DNA of 64,000 bases from Planctomycetota bacterium (GTDB lineage: Bacteria > Planctomycetota > PLA2 > JAEUHO01): NCBI GenBank assembly GCA_050248855.1, contig JBFWRP010000006.1:133514-197513 (forward strand), in the 5' to 3' direction. The notes beneath the pieces are model-generated. The model saw nothing but the letters and a program-made list of their open reading frames with translations. It was not told the DNA's origin and ran no database searches. A program made the position numbers and the translations under genes. Shown in pieces: positions 1 to 8,976 of this stretch (positions are counted from its first letter, which is position 1; each line of letters begins with the position of its first letter).

Positions 1-555
1 AAGCCGGAGCACCGAGTCCGCGCGTTAGCGCGGAACGAGCGTGGAGCGACCAGAGACCGAAGTGCGACGTTCGCTCGCCGGCGTACCGCGACCCCTGCGT
101 GTCAGGCACCTTGCCCACGTTGCCGCTGCGCGGCGCCGCGGCAAGGGTCCTGACACATCCGGGTTCGCACCCCTCCCCCGCGCCTTCACGCCTGTCAGCT
201 GCGATCGCCGGCGGGAGCAGGCAGCCTTCGCCACACATCGGGTCGTCAGGGCACCGTGAGGGGTGCAGGGGGGGTACGGAATAGCCCCCCTGCTGCGCAG
301 GCGAAGCCGGAGCACCGAGTCCGCGCGGGAGCGCGGAACGAGCGTGGGGCGACCAGGCACCGAAGTGTGACGTTCGCTCGCCGGCGTACCGCGACCCCTG
401 CGTGTCAGGCACCTTGCCCACGTTGCCGCTGCGCGGCGCCGCGGCAAGGGTCCTGACACATCCGGGTTCGCACCCCTCCCCCGCGCCTTCACGCCTGTCA
501 GCTGCGATCGCCGGCGGGAGCAGGCAGCCTTCGCCACACATCGGGTCGTCAGGGC
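1..555. repeat. Tandem copies (303-bp period) of a structured dispersed repeat, truncated at the window start
   Basis: 1-252 nearly identical to 304-555; the core matches the reverse complement of 23418-24097. Confidence 0.9.
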
Positions 556-681
556 GAAGGCGCCAGCAAGCCATCCGCGACGACTCGTAGCCGAGCTACT
601 CGAGGAGCGGATGGCGCCGCTGCCGCCGAGCACTCGGCGAGCCGCCCCTACGCACCCCAGGCCACGCACGACTCCAACAAA

Positions 682-1086
682 GGTGCGACGACCGGGCCTA
701 TAAGCCGGGTCCTGTCGAGGACGATCATCGATCTGGGACCGCCGTTGCCGGCGGCCTCGAACGGCCTACCCGGGAGTGCTGACGGCGCGGGCCGCGCCGT
801 GCGCCGAAGCGCTCCTCCTCTACATGGCCTTCCTCCGGGAGCGGCATGCCTCGCCAGCGACGTCGCCGCCGCCGCGGTGGGCTCTTACCCCACCGTTTCA
901 CCCTTGCCTGTGCCCAACGGACCTGGTGGCCCGGGGCCATCGGCGGTGTGCTTTCTGTTGCCTTTCCGCGGACTCGCGCCCGGTGGGCGTTACCCACCTC
1001 CGTGCCCTGTGGAGCCCGGACTTTCCTCGACGCCTCGCACCCCGAAGGGCACGCACGCCGCGACCGTCCGGCCCGGTCGTCGCACC
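682..1086 (-). ncRNA. rnpB: RNase P RNA (type A)
   Basis: Minus strand has GAGGAAAGTCCGGGCTCC, GGGTGAAACGGTGGGGTAAGAGCCCACC and GACAGGACCCGGCTTATAGG; 17-bp terminal P1 helix (682-698 with 1070-1086). Confidence 0.95.
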
Positions 1087-1113
1087 GAGACTCTACCGGA
1101 CCTGGCGGCTCGC

Positions 1114-1920
1114 CTACCTACCCGGGACCCAGCGGGCGTCCTTCTTGTGGTCGTTCCACCAGCGGCGCCACTCGAGCGGGCGCGTCAGCTGTTGGCTGGT
1201 CAGGGCCTGCAGCGTGGCGAGGAGCGTCTTGCCGTAGATGTCCCAGCGCTTGGTCATGACCTGCTTCTGGATGCGATCCTCGGGGCGGATCGAGGTCATC
1301 AAGGTGTACGTCGTCTCGTAGAGGTCCACGAGACGACGAACGGGCTCGCGGCGCTGCTGGATGGGCGCGCCGGCGTGCACGGACAACGCACGCGCCGCCT
1401 CGTCGACGACCTCGGCGGGCTCGTCGCTGCGGATGAGCTGGGCCAGACGCTCGATGGACTTGGGGCTGGCGATCACCGCATAGGCGTGCGCGATCCGGCG
1501 GCGGAGGTCGGCGTCGCGGCGGAGGTCCTTCTCCTCCAGCAGGTCGTCGAGCGTGGGGAGGAGCTTTTCGTGGTGCTCGCGCTCGGCCAGCGCAAAGGCC
1601 CGGTCGCGGACGACGGCATCCGTGTCCCACACGGCCTCGAGGGCGGCGCGGCCTGCCTCCCAGCCCCCCAGCGCCTCCAGCGCCGTCAGGTAGCCGAGGA
1701 CCTCGTCGCGCTTGCGCTCGGCCCAAGGGCTCTTCACGATCCGGCGGATCTTGCTGCGGAGGCTGGACACGGTGTGGACGCGGCCTTCCTCCTGCGGGTC
1801 GCGCGCGTCTTCGGGGCCCGAGGCACCGTCTTCGGCCGCTGCCGCGGGGGACCACCAACACGTGGCGAGGAGCAGCGCGAGCATGACCCAGCGCCTGCGG
1901 CGGGCCGCAGGGAGGGGCAC
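1114..1920 (-). CDS. Exported HEAT-repeat-like hypothetical protein
   Basis: Signal-like N-terminus and helical repeats; start codon uncertain. Confidence 0.7.
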   Translation of the reverse strand: MPLPAARRRRWVMLALLLATCWWSPAAAAEDGASGPEDARDPQEEGRVHTVSSLRSKIRRIVKSPWAERKRDEVLGYLTALEALGGWEAGRAALEAVWDTDAVVRDRAFALAEREHHEKLLPTLDDLLEEKDLRRDADLRRRIAHAYAVIASPKSIERLAQLIRSDEPAEVVDEAARALSVHAGAPIQQRREPVRRLVDLYETTYTLMTSIRPEDRIQKQVMTKRWDIYGKTLLATLQALTSQQLTRPLEWRRWWNDHKKDARWVPGR

Positions 1921-2086
1921 TCCGTGCAAGGACCGGCCTCGGGGCGTCCAGGGGTTCGTGCGGGGAGGTCGGATTCGACGCATGCGCGCTCCTCTGCGAT
2001 CCTAACGCCCCCGCGGGCGCGGAGGTTGCCCCCCGTCCGGCACCGCGGGTTCCCAGGCGCCCCGTGGGCGAGAGGACGAAGGCCCC

Positions 2087-3295
2087 GTGACAACGCCGCC
2101 CGCCGCCGACCCGCTCCTGGCCTTCCGGGGACGCTTCCCCACGCTTCAGCACTGCACGTACCTGATCTCGAACTCGCTGGGCGCCATGCCAGCCGCCACG
2201 GGGGATGCCCTCACCGAGTACGCCCGCACGTGGCAGGACCGGGGCGTGCGGGCCTGGGCCGAGACGTGGTGGATGCTGGCCGGCGAGGTCGGCGACACGA
2301 TCGGGAAGCTGTTCCACGCCCCGCCCGGCACCGTGTCCATGCACCCCAACGTGACGCTGGCCGAGGCGGTCGTGATCTCGTGCTTCGACTGGTCCGGACC
2401 GCGCAACAACGTCGTCTACACGGACATGAACTTCCCCTCCGTGCAGTACCTCTACGACGGCTACGCACGCTCGCTCGGGGCGCAGATCGACGTCGTGCGT
2501 TCGCCCGACGGGATCGGCGTGCCGACGCAAGCCCTGCTCGAGCGCATTGACGAGCGCACGTTGCTGGTGCCGATCAGCCACGTCCTCTTCCGCAGCGCCT
2601 ACATCCAGGACGCGCAAGCCATCTGCGACCGGGCCCGCGAGGTGGGGGCCCACGTGGTGCTCGACGCCTACCAGTCGATCGGTGTCGTGCCCACCGACGT
2701 CTCGCGACTGGGCTGCTCCTTCCTGATCGGCGGCGTGCTCAAGTGGCTTTGCGGCGGGCCGGGCGGCGTGTTCCTCTACGTGCGCCCGGACCTGCTCGAC
2801 CGCCTCGAGCCCAAGATCACCGGCTGGATGGCGCACGAGTCGCCCTTCTCCTTCGAGCCGCCCCCGCAGCGCTTCACGCGTGGAGCCTACCGCTTCCAGA
2901 ACGGCACGCCGAACGTGCCCGGGCTCTACGCGGCGCGCGAGGGCCCCAAGATCCTGCTGGAAGCGGGGCTCGACACCGTGCGCGCCAAGAGCATGCGCCA
3001 GACGGCGCGCCTCTACGACGCAGCCACGGCACGCGGCTGGACGGTCAATGCCCCGGCCGATCCCGCACGGCGAGGTGGCACGGTGGCCGTGGACGTTCCC
3101 CACGCGGCGGCCGTCAAGCTGGAGCTGCTCGAGCGCGAGATCATCGTGGACTACCGGCCCGGCGCCGGCATCCGCATCTCGCCGCACTTCTACAACACCG
3201 ATGCGGAGTGCGACCTGTGCATCGACGCGATCGAGGACATCCTGGCGTCCGGCGCCTGGCAGCGCCACGAGGCCGCGCGTCCCACGGTCACGTAG
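2087..3295 (+). CDS. kynU: Kynureninase (class V PLP enzyme)
   Basis: YLISNSLG, LDAYQS, GGVLKWLCGGPG and TGWMAH motifs; next to kynB. Confidence 0.8.
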   Translation: MTTPPAADPLLAFRGRFPTLQHCTYLISNSLGAMPAATGDALTEYARTWQDRGVRAWAETWWMLAGEVGDTIGKLFHAPPGTVSMHPNVTLAEAVVISCFDWSGPRNNVVYTDMNFPSVQYLYDGYARSLGAQIDVVRSPDGIGVPTQALLERIDERTLLVPISHVLFRSAYIQDAQAICDRAREVGAHVVLDAYQSIGVVPTDVSRLGCSFLIGGVLKWLCGGPGGVFLYVRPDLLDRLEPKITGWMAHESPFSFEPPPQRFTRGAYRFQNGTPNVPGLYAAREGPKILLEAGLDTVRAKSMRQTARLYDAATARGWTVNAPADPARRGGTVAVDVPHAAAVKLELLEREIIVDYRPGAGIRISPHFYNTDAECDLCIDAIEDILASGAWQRHEAARPTVT

Positions 3296-3321
3296 AGTCA
3301 CCGCAGGAGGAGAGGTCGTCC

Positions 3322-3996
3322 ATGAGCTCGCCGCCTTCGCCGCAGCCGTTCCAAGCCTCACGGCGGATCCACGACATCAGCCGTCCGCTGCGGGCAGGGA
3401 TCGACGTCTGGCCGGGCGACACGGCCTTCGACTTCGGGTTCGTGGCCCGCATCCGCGACGGCAGCAGCGTCAACGTGGGGCGCATCGAGATGAGCGTGCA
3501 CACGGGGGCGCACGTCGACGCGCCTCTGCACTTCCAGGACGACGCGGCGGACGTGGCCTCGGTACCCATCGAGCGCTATCTGGGGCCGTGCGTCGTGGCG
3601 GACGCCCGGCCCGATGCGCGGGGCGTCCTCCCCGAGCACCTGCCCGCCTCGCTCGATGCCGACGCGCGCGCCACGCGCCGCGTCCTGCTACGCACCTACG
3701 GCGAGCGGCCGGCGGCCTTCGACGAGCACATGGCCCACGCCACCCCCGAGCTGGCCGCGTGGCTCGAGGAGCGTGGCGTCGTCTTGCTCGGCGTGGACAC
3801 GGACAGCATGGATGCGTTCGAGTCCAAGGAGCTTCCCGCGCACCGCCGCTTGGCCCAGGCCGGCATCTCCATCCTGGAGGGCATCGACCTCTCGGCCGTG
3901 CCAGCGGGGATCTACGACCTCGTGGCGTTGCCGCTGCGCATCGAGGGCGCCGACGGGAGCCCCGTCCGCGCCGTGCTCGTCGAGCGAACGTCCTGA
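3322..3996 (+). CDS. kynB: Kynurenine formamidase (cyclase family)
   Basis: VWPGD, HTGAHVDAPLHF, ILEG and DGSPVRAVL motifs. Confidence 0.85.
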   Translation: MSSPPSPQPFQASRRIHDISRPLRAGIDVWPGDTAFDFGFVARIRDGSSVNVGRIEMSVHTGAHVDAPLHFQDDAADVASVPIERYLGPCVVADARPDARGVLPEHLPASLDADARATRRVLLRTYGERPAAFDEHMAHATPELAAWLEERGVVLLGVDTDSMDAFESKELPAHRRLAQAGISILEGIDLSAVPAGIYDLVALPLRIEGADGSPVRAVLVERTS

Positions 3997-4014
3997 CGCC
4001 TTCGGAGAACCGCG

Positions 4015-4503
4015 ATGACCACGACCGCCCCGCACCCCGACGCCCAGGCCCTGCTGCGCGACCTGGCGCTGCTCCTGCCCGACATCGATGCCATCGACCC
4101 GGCCGACGGCATGGCGGCCGCGGCCGAGCTCGAGCGGCGCCAGCCCTTCGACGGCGAGCTCGTCCGGGGCATCCGCGCGCGCTGCGAGAAGGGCCTCGAG
4201 GCGGGCTGGCTGGCGCCGCGCGCCGCGGGCCCCAAGGTCAGGTTCGGTCGGCTCGACAAGGACCTCGGCGGCTACGCCATCGACTGCGTGTGGATGGACA
4301 ACGGGGCCGGCATGGGCCATACGCACACGAAGGGCGAGATCAACATGTGCTTTGCCTGGGGCGGCGAGCCGCGCTTCGACGGCCACCCCCCCGGCTGGGT
4401 CGTGTTCCCCCCGGGCTCGCACCACGTGCCCACGGTCACCGGCGGCACCATGCTCTTCCTCTACTTCACCCCCGAGGGCGCCGTCGTCTGGGACAAGTCC
4501 TAG
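4015..4503 (+). CDS. DUF4863 / PnbB-like (4-hydroxylaminobenzoate lyase-like) protein
   Basis: HxHxxGEI...RFDGH..GWVV.PPGS.H.PTV.GG...LYF.P.GA pattern. Confidence 0.7.
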   Translation: MTTTAPHPDAQALLRDLALLLPDIDAIDPADGMAAAAELERRQPFDGELVRGIRARCEKGLEAGWLAPRAAGPKVRFGRLDKDLGGYAIDCVWMDNGAGMGHTHTKGEINMCFAWGGEPRFDGHPPGWVVFPPGSHHVPTVTGGTMLFLYFTPEGAVVWDKS

Positions 4504-4621
4504 CCGGGCGCCTGGGGTGCGAACCCGTGCTGCCAAGCGGCGCCGCGGCGATGCGGGCGCAGGGCCTGGCCCCCGCGCATGAGGGCGCTCCGCCGTCGGA
4601 CATGCGCCGTACCCTGCCGCG

Positions 4622-6709
4622 GTGATCGCGCCGACCGACTCGCCTGACGCACGCCTCGTGGCGGCACGCACGGTGCTGCGCGACGTGTTCGGGCACGAGG
4701 CGTTTCGCGAGGGCCAAGAGGCCGTCGTGGGGGCCGTGCTCGAGGGCCGCGACGTGCTCTGCGTGATGCCCACGGGCGCCGGCAAGAGCCTCTGCTACCA
4801 GCTGCCTGCGCTCGTGCGCGGGGGTCTCACCTTGGTCGTGAGCCCCCTGATCGCCCTGATGGACGACCAGGTGTCGAGTCTGAAGGGCCGGGGTGTCGCC
4901 GCCGCGGCCATCCATAGCGCGATCGACCCCGTCAGCCAGGAAGCGGCCTTGACCGCTGCGGCGCGCGGCGAGCTGCGGCTGCTCTACGTGGCGCCCGAGC
5001 GGTTCCGCAGCGCGCGCTTCCGGGAGGCACTCGTCGCCATCGACCTCGATCTCGTCGCCGTCGACGAGGCGCACTGCATCAGCCAGTGGGGTCACGACTT
5101 CCGACCCGACTACCGGCGGCTTGGCGAATCGCTCGAGAGCCTGCGCCATCCGCAGGTCCTCGCCCTCACCGCGACCGCTACGCCGGACGTCCAGGACGAT
5201 GTCGTCGCGCAGCTGGGCTTGCGCGATCCGGCACGCTTCGTGCGCGGCATCGTGCGTGACAACCTCGCGTTCGAGGTTCGCCACGCCCGCACGATGGACG
5301 CCAAGGACGACCACGTGCTCGAGCTTGTCAAGGCCGAGCCGGGTGCCACGCTCATCTACGCCGCGACGCGACGTCACGTGGATGCACTGCACGGCCTCCT
5401 GCAGCACCAGGGACTGCCCGCGCTGCGCTACCACGCGGGCCTCGCCGACGACGTGCGCGCCGACGTGCAGCGCAAGTTCCTGGAGCAGGGCGCACCGCTG
5501 CTGATCGCCACCAACGCGTTCGGCATGGGCGTGGATCGGCCCGACATCCGCCAGGTCATCCACTACGACATGCCGCGCGCCGTCGAGGCGTACGTGCAGG
5601 AGAGCGGTCGCGCGGGGCGCGACGGCGCGCCCGCACGCTGCGTGCTCCTCTACCGCGCCGCCGACCTCCATGTGCAGCGCTTCTTCATCGAGGCGGCCCA
5701 TCCCTCGCGCGAGATCATCGAGGACGTGTGGCGCGTCTTGGTGGAGGAAGGGGAGCGACGCGTCGAGCTGACCTCCGAGGCGATCGCCGAGCGGTTGCGA
5801 GTCAAGGCCGCCGCCCAGGCCGTGGGCGCGGCGCTCGCCGTGCTCGATCGCGCCGAAGTCGTGCGCCGCCGGGCCCGCGGCGAGGGGCGGGCCCGCGTCA
5901 CGGTCCTGCCGGCGCCCGGCGACCTGTTCGCCGTCCAACAGCTGCCCCCGGGCCTCGGGCGCCTGCTGGCGGCGCTGGTGGAGCGCCACGGCGTCGACCA
6001 GGAAGTCGCGCTCGACCTGGACGCGTTCGCCGAGAAGCGCGGTGTGACCGAGGAAACCGTGCGGCGCGGCTTGGCCCGGCTGCACCAGCTCGGCCGCGTC
6101 GTGTACGTGCCGCCGTTCCGCGGCCGGGCCACCGAAGTCCGGGGCGGCGAGGATGCGCTCGCCCACGTCGACTTCCGTGCGCTCGACGAGCGCCGCCAGC
6201 ACGAGGAAGCGCGCCTCGACGAGATGGTCGGCTACGCGCACGCGCGCGGCTGCCGCGTCCTCCACCTGCTGGCCTGCTTCCGCGCCGAGGGCGAGCAGCG
6301 CTGCGGCCGCTGCGATCGGTGCGTCGGGGCCCGCGGCGCCGCCGGCGGTGGTGGCGACGCGTTCGACCTGGCCAACCCGCGGGCGGCGACCACCGTGCGC
6401 ACCGTGCTCCAAGCCGTCCGCGCCTTCGATGCCCGGTATGGCTTCCGCAAGCTCGCAGGCCATCTGGCCGGCTCGGACGCGGCCGGGGTGGGGGACGGCC
6501 CGCTGGCCCACGGGCCCACCCGCGGTGCGCTCGCGGCCCTCGGGGTCAAGGGCGCCGAACGTTGGCTGCAGGCCTGCCAGGACGCGGGCTTCTTGCGCTT
6601 GGTCCCCCGGCGCATTGGCGGTGGGCAGCGCACGGTGCATCTCGTGGCGATCGGTCCGCGGGGCCTCAGGGTGCTGAAGGGAGAGCCGCCGGGCCACGCC
6701 GGGGCTTGA
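4622..6709 (+). CDS. recQ: RecQ-family ATP-dependent DNA helicase
   Basis: [41 protein letters not shown] and the Zn-binding CGRCDRC. Confidence 0.92.
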   Translation: MIAPTDSPDARLVAARTVLRDVFGHEAFREGQEAVVGAVLEGRDVLCVMPTGAGKSLCYQLPALVRGGLTLVVSPLIALMDDQVSSLKGRGVAAAAIHSAIDPVSQEAALTAAARGELRLLYVAPERFRSARFREALVAIDLDLVAVDEAHCISQWGHDFRPDYRRLGESLESLRHPQVLALTATATPDVQDDVVAQLGLRDPARFVRGIVRDNLAFEVRHARTMDAKDDHVLELVKAEPGATLIYAATRRHVDALHGLLQHQGLPALRYHAGLADDVRADVQRKFLEQGAPLLIATNAFGMGVDRPDIRQVIHYDMPRAVEAYVQESGRAGRDGAPARCVLLYRAADLHVQRFFIEAAHPSREIIEDVWRVLVEEGERRVELTSEAIAERLRVKAAAQAVGAALAVLDRAEVVRRRARGEGRARVTVLPAPGDLFAVQQLPPGLGRLLAALVERHGVDQEVALDLDAFAEKRGVTEETVRRGLARLHQLGRVVYVPPFRGRATEVRGGEDALAHVDFRALDERRQHEEARLDEMVGYAHARGCRVLHLLACFRAEGEQRCGRCDRCVGARGAAGGGGDAFDLANPRAATTVRTVLQAVRAFDARYGFRKLAGHLAGSDAAGVGDGPLAHGPTRGALAALGVKGAERWLQACQDAGFLRLVPRRIGGGQRTVHLVAIGPRGLRVLKGEPPGHAGA

Positions 6710-6758
6710 GGGACGACGATCCTCGGGGGCCGCAAGGCTCTTGAACCCCCGCGAAGCC

Positions 6759-6786
6759 TTGACCGGTCGGGGCGCCCCCCTAGGAT
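6759..6786 (+). promoter_or_regulatory. Putative sigma70 promoter for the tRNA-Gln/Glu pair
   Basis: TTGACC-N16-TAGGAT followed by a GC-rich discriminator. Confidence 0.45.
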
Positions 6787-6973
6787 CGGCGCCCCCGGCG
6801 GGGCGACCTGCCGGGGCACGGAGCCCGTTCTCCGGGGTCTGTCGTTCGCGGGGCCGCAAGGCACGCGAGCCGGCGGAACGCCCGCAGACCGTCTTCCGCG
6901 TTCCCACGGGGAACCGGGCGGCCGGTCCGGGGCCGCAGCCGCGACCCCGGGAGGGGCTCGCGGCGGCACGCCC

Positions 6974-7049
6974 TGAGGAGTAGTTCAGCTGGTAGAACGC
7001 CTGACTCTGGATCAGGAAGTCGAAGGTTCGAGTCCTTCCTCCTCAGCCA
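6974..7049 (+). tRNA. tRNA-Gln(CTG)
   Basis: Cloverleaf, anticodon CTG, GTTCGAG T-loop, CCA end. Confidence 0.95.
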
Positions 7050-7075
7050 CGCCGCTTCGCACATCTCACGGGACC

Positions 7076-7151
7076 GGCCCCTTCGTCTAGCGGTCCAGGA
7101 CACGGCCCTCTCAAGGCTGAAACACGGGTTCAAATCCCGTAGGGGTCACCA
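7076..7151 (+). tRNA. tRNA-Glu(CTC)
   Basis: Cloverleaf, anticodon CTC, CCA end. Confidence 0.95.
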
Positions 7152-7318
7152 TCGCCGCCCGTGCGTTGCCGCTTGCCCTCGAGGCAGGCGTCGCCCCACG
7201 CCACGCTCGCACCGACCTCGCCGCGCCCTCGCTCAAGTGCGCCCCGCGTGCGGACGACTTCACGCTTCGGTGGCCGCGCGACGAAGCTGCGCGCCGCCCG
7301 TGGTTGGAGCCCGTTCGC

Positions 7319-7780
7319 ATGCACGGTCGACTGCGCCTGCCTCCCGCGACGTATGCCTTGGTCGATGGGGGTGCGCGGGTCCTGGCCCTGCTGGCCATGC
7401 TCCACGCCGGTGCGGCGGCTCTCGGCGTCGGCTACGACCCCCGCTGGCTGGCCGCCCGCTCGGGCCCCGTGGGCTGGAAGGTGCTGATGGTCACCGGCGT
7501 GCTCTACGCCCTGGCCATGTTCGTCGTCCGCCCGCGCGTGCGCGGCGGGATCGTGGCGGCCCGCGCCGCGGCCGTCGTGTTGGCCAGCCTGTGCCTCGTC
7601 GACGCCTTGGCGTCGCTGCGTGGGGGACACGGGGCCTCGGCCTCACCGGTGCCCCTGACCCTGCTGCTTGCGGCGTGGCTCTTCGCCTGGGTCCTGGCGC
7701 GCCGCGCACGGCCCGTGGTCCGCGACCCGGGCTCGCCCGACCGGCTTTGGCACAAGATGCTCGAGCGCGCGCACCCGTAG
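7319..7780 (+). CDS. Hypothetical membrane protein
   Basis: About 4 hydrophobic segments; start uncertain. Confidence 0.55.
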   Translation: MHGRLRLPPATYALVDGGARVLALLAMLHAGAAALGVGYDPRWLAARSGPVGWKVLMVTGVLYALAMFVVRPRVRGGIVAARAAAVVLASLCLVDALASLRGGHGASASPVPLTLLLAAWLFAWVLARRARPVVRDPGSPDRLWHKMLERAHP

Positions 7781-7827
7781 GGGTTGCGGCGCGGCCGACC
7801 GTGAGGGTCCGGAGTAGGCTCTCGGCC

Positions 7828-8976
7828 ATGGTCCGTCCTGGGTTCTGCATCCGCCGCTGGCGCCCTGCGCTGGCCCTCTTCCTGGCCCTCGGGCTGACGG
7901 TTCCCGTCCCGCCTGCCCGCGCCGACGACGCGCCGGCCGTCGACGAACAGGCCCTCCTGGACGAGGCCTACGCCGATGCGCTGAAGACCGTCCTGAAGGT
8001 CGAGGAGGACCTGGTCAAGGCCGTCGAGAAGGTCCGCCAGTCGTCCGTGTCCGTGATCAGCTTCCGGGAGATCCCGCAGGGGCCGCGCAAGGGCGAGCTC
8101 GCGATGGCAGGCGTCGGCTCGGGCGTGCTCGTGGAGCAAGCGGGCAAGACGTGGGTGCTGACCAACGTGCACGTCGTCCAGAACAGCGATGCGCTGCAGA
8201 TCGTCACCTTCGACGGCCAGCACCACGCCGTGAAGGTCCACGACGCGATTCCCACCTACGACATCGCGCTGCTCACGTGGATCGACCGCATGCCGCGCGG
8301 CCTGAAGGACGTCCGCGTCAAGGCCTCGGGCAGCGGCAGCCGGATCCGCGAAGGCACCTGGGTCATCGCGACCGGCAACCCGTTCTTCCTGGCCAACGAC
8401 GGTCGCAGCGTCACCACGCTGGGCGTGGTCTCCGGCACGGGTCGTCTGCTCGATGGGCGGTTCAAGTACGTCAACGCGGTCCAGCACGACGCCGAGGTCA
8501 ACCCGGGCAACAGCGGCGGTCCGGTGTGGACGCTCGAGGGCGAGCTCGTCGGTCTCAACGGCATGATCATGTCGATGCCCAGCTTCCCGGGTGCGCGGCC
8601 CACCAACACGGGGGCGTCGTTCGCGTTGCCGGCGGAGCAGCTGGACGCGTTCCTGCGCGAGCTGACCAGCAAGTCCGATGCCCGCAGCGGCTACCTCGGC
8701 ATCGACGCCGACACGGACACCGACGACAAGGGCAAGTCTGCGGGCGCGAAGATCCGCGTGATCGCCCCCGACAGCCCCTGCGCCCAGGGCCGCGATGCCT
8801 TGCAGACCGGCGACGTCATCATCCGCTTCGGGTCCGGTAGCGGCACGCGCATCTACACCGCGACCGACCTGCAGCAGGCCCTCTCGCTCCTGCAGGCCGG
8901 CGACAAGGTGATCATCAAGTACCGCCGCGGCAGGGCGTTCTCCACCTGGAGGGGCGAGCTGGGGGTGGGGCGGTGA
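7828..8976 (+). CDS. HtrA/DegP-like serine protease with PDZ domain (intact triad)
   Basis: Signal peptide; LTNVHVV (His), DIALL (Asp), NPGNSGGP (Ser); C-terminal PDZ. Confidence 0.9.
   Translation: MVRPGFCIRRWRPALALFLALGLTVPVPPARADDAPAVDEQALLDEAYADALKTVLKVEEDLVKAVEKVRQSSVSVISFREIPQGPRKGELAMAGVGSGVLVEQAGKTWVLTNVHVVQNSDALQIVTFDGQHHAVKVHDAIPTYDIALLTWIDRMPRGLKDVRVKASGSGSRIREGTWVIATGNPFFLANDGRSVTTLGVVSGTGRLLDGRFKYVNAVQHDAEVNPGNSGGPVWTLEGELVGLNGMIMSMPSFPGARPTNTGASFALPAEQLDAFLRELTSKSDARSGYLGIDADTDTDDKGKSAGAKIRVIAPDSPCAQGRDALQTGDVIIRFGSGSGTRIYTATDLQQALSLLQAGDKVIIKYRRGRAFSTWRGELGVGR

Noticed and set aside
1..669. ORFs with repeated peptides (e.g. MSGTLPTLPLRG...), also at 23096-24283
   Set aside because: They are translations of the DNA repeat. 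The substitutions fit base pairing rather than codon conservation.
725..997. 90-aa ORF on the minus strand
   Set aside because: It lies inside rnpB.
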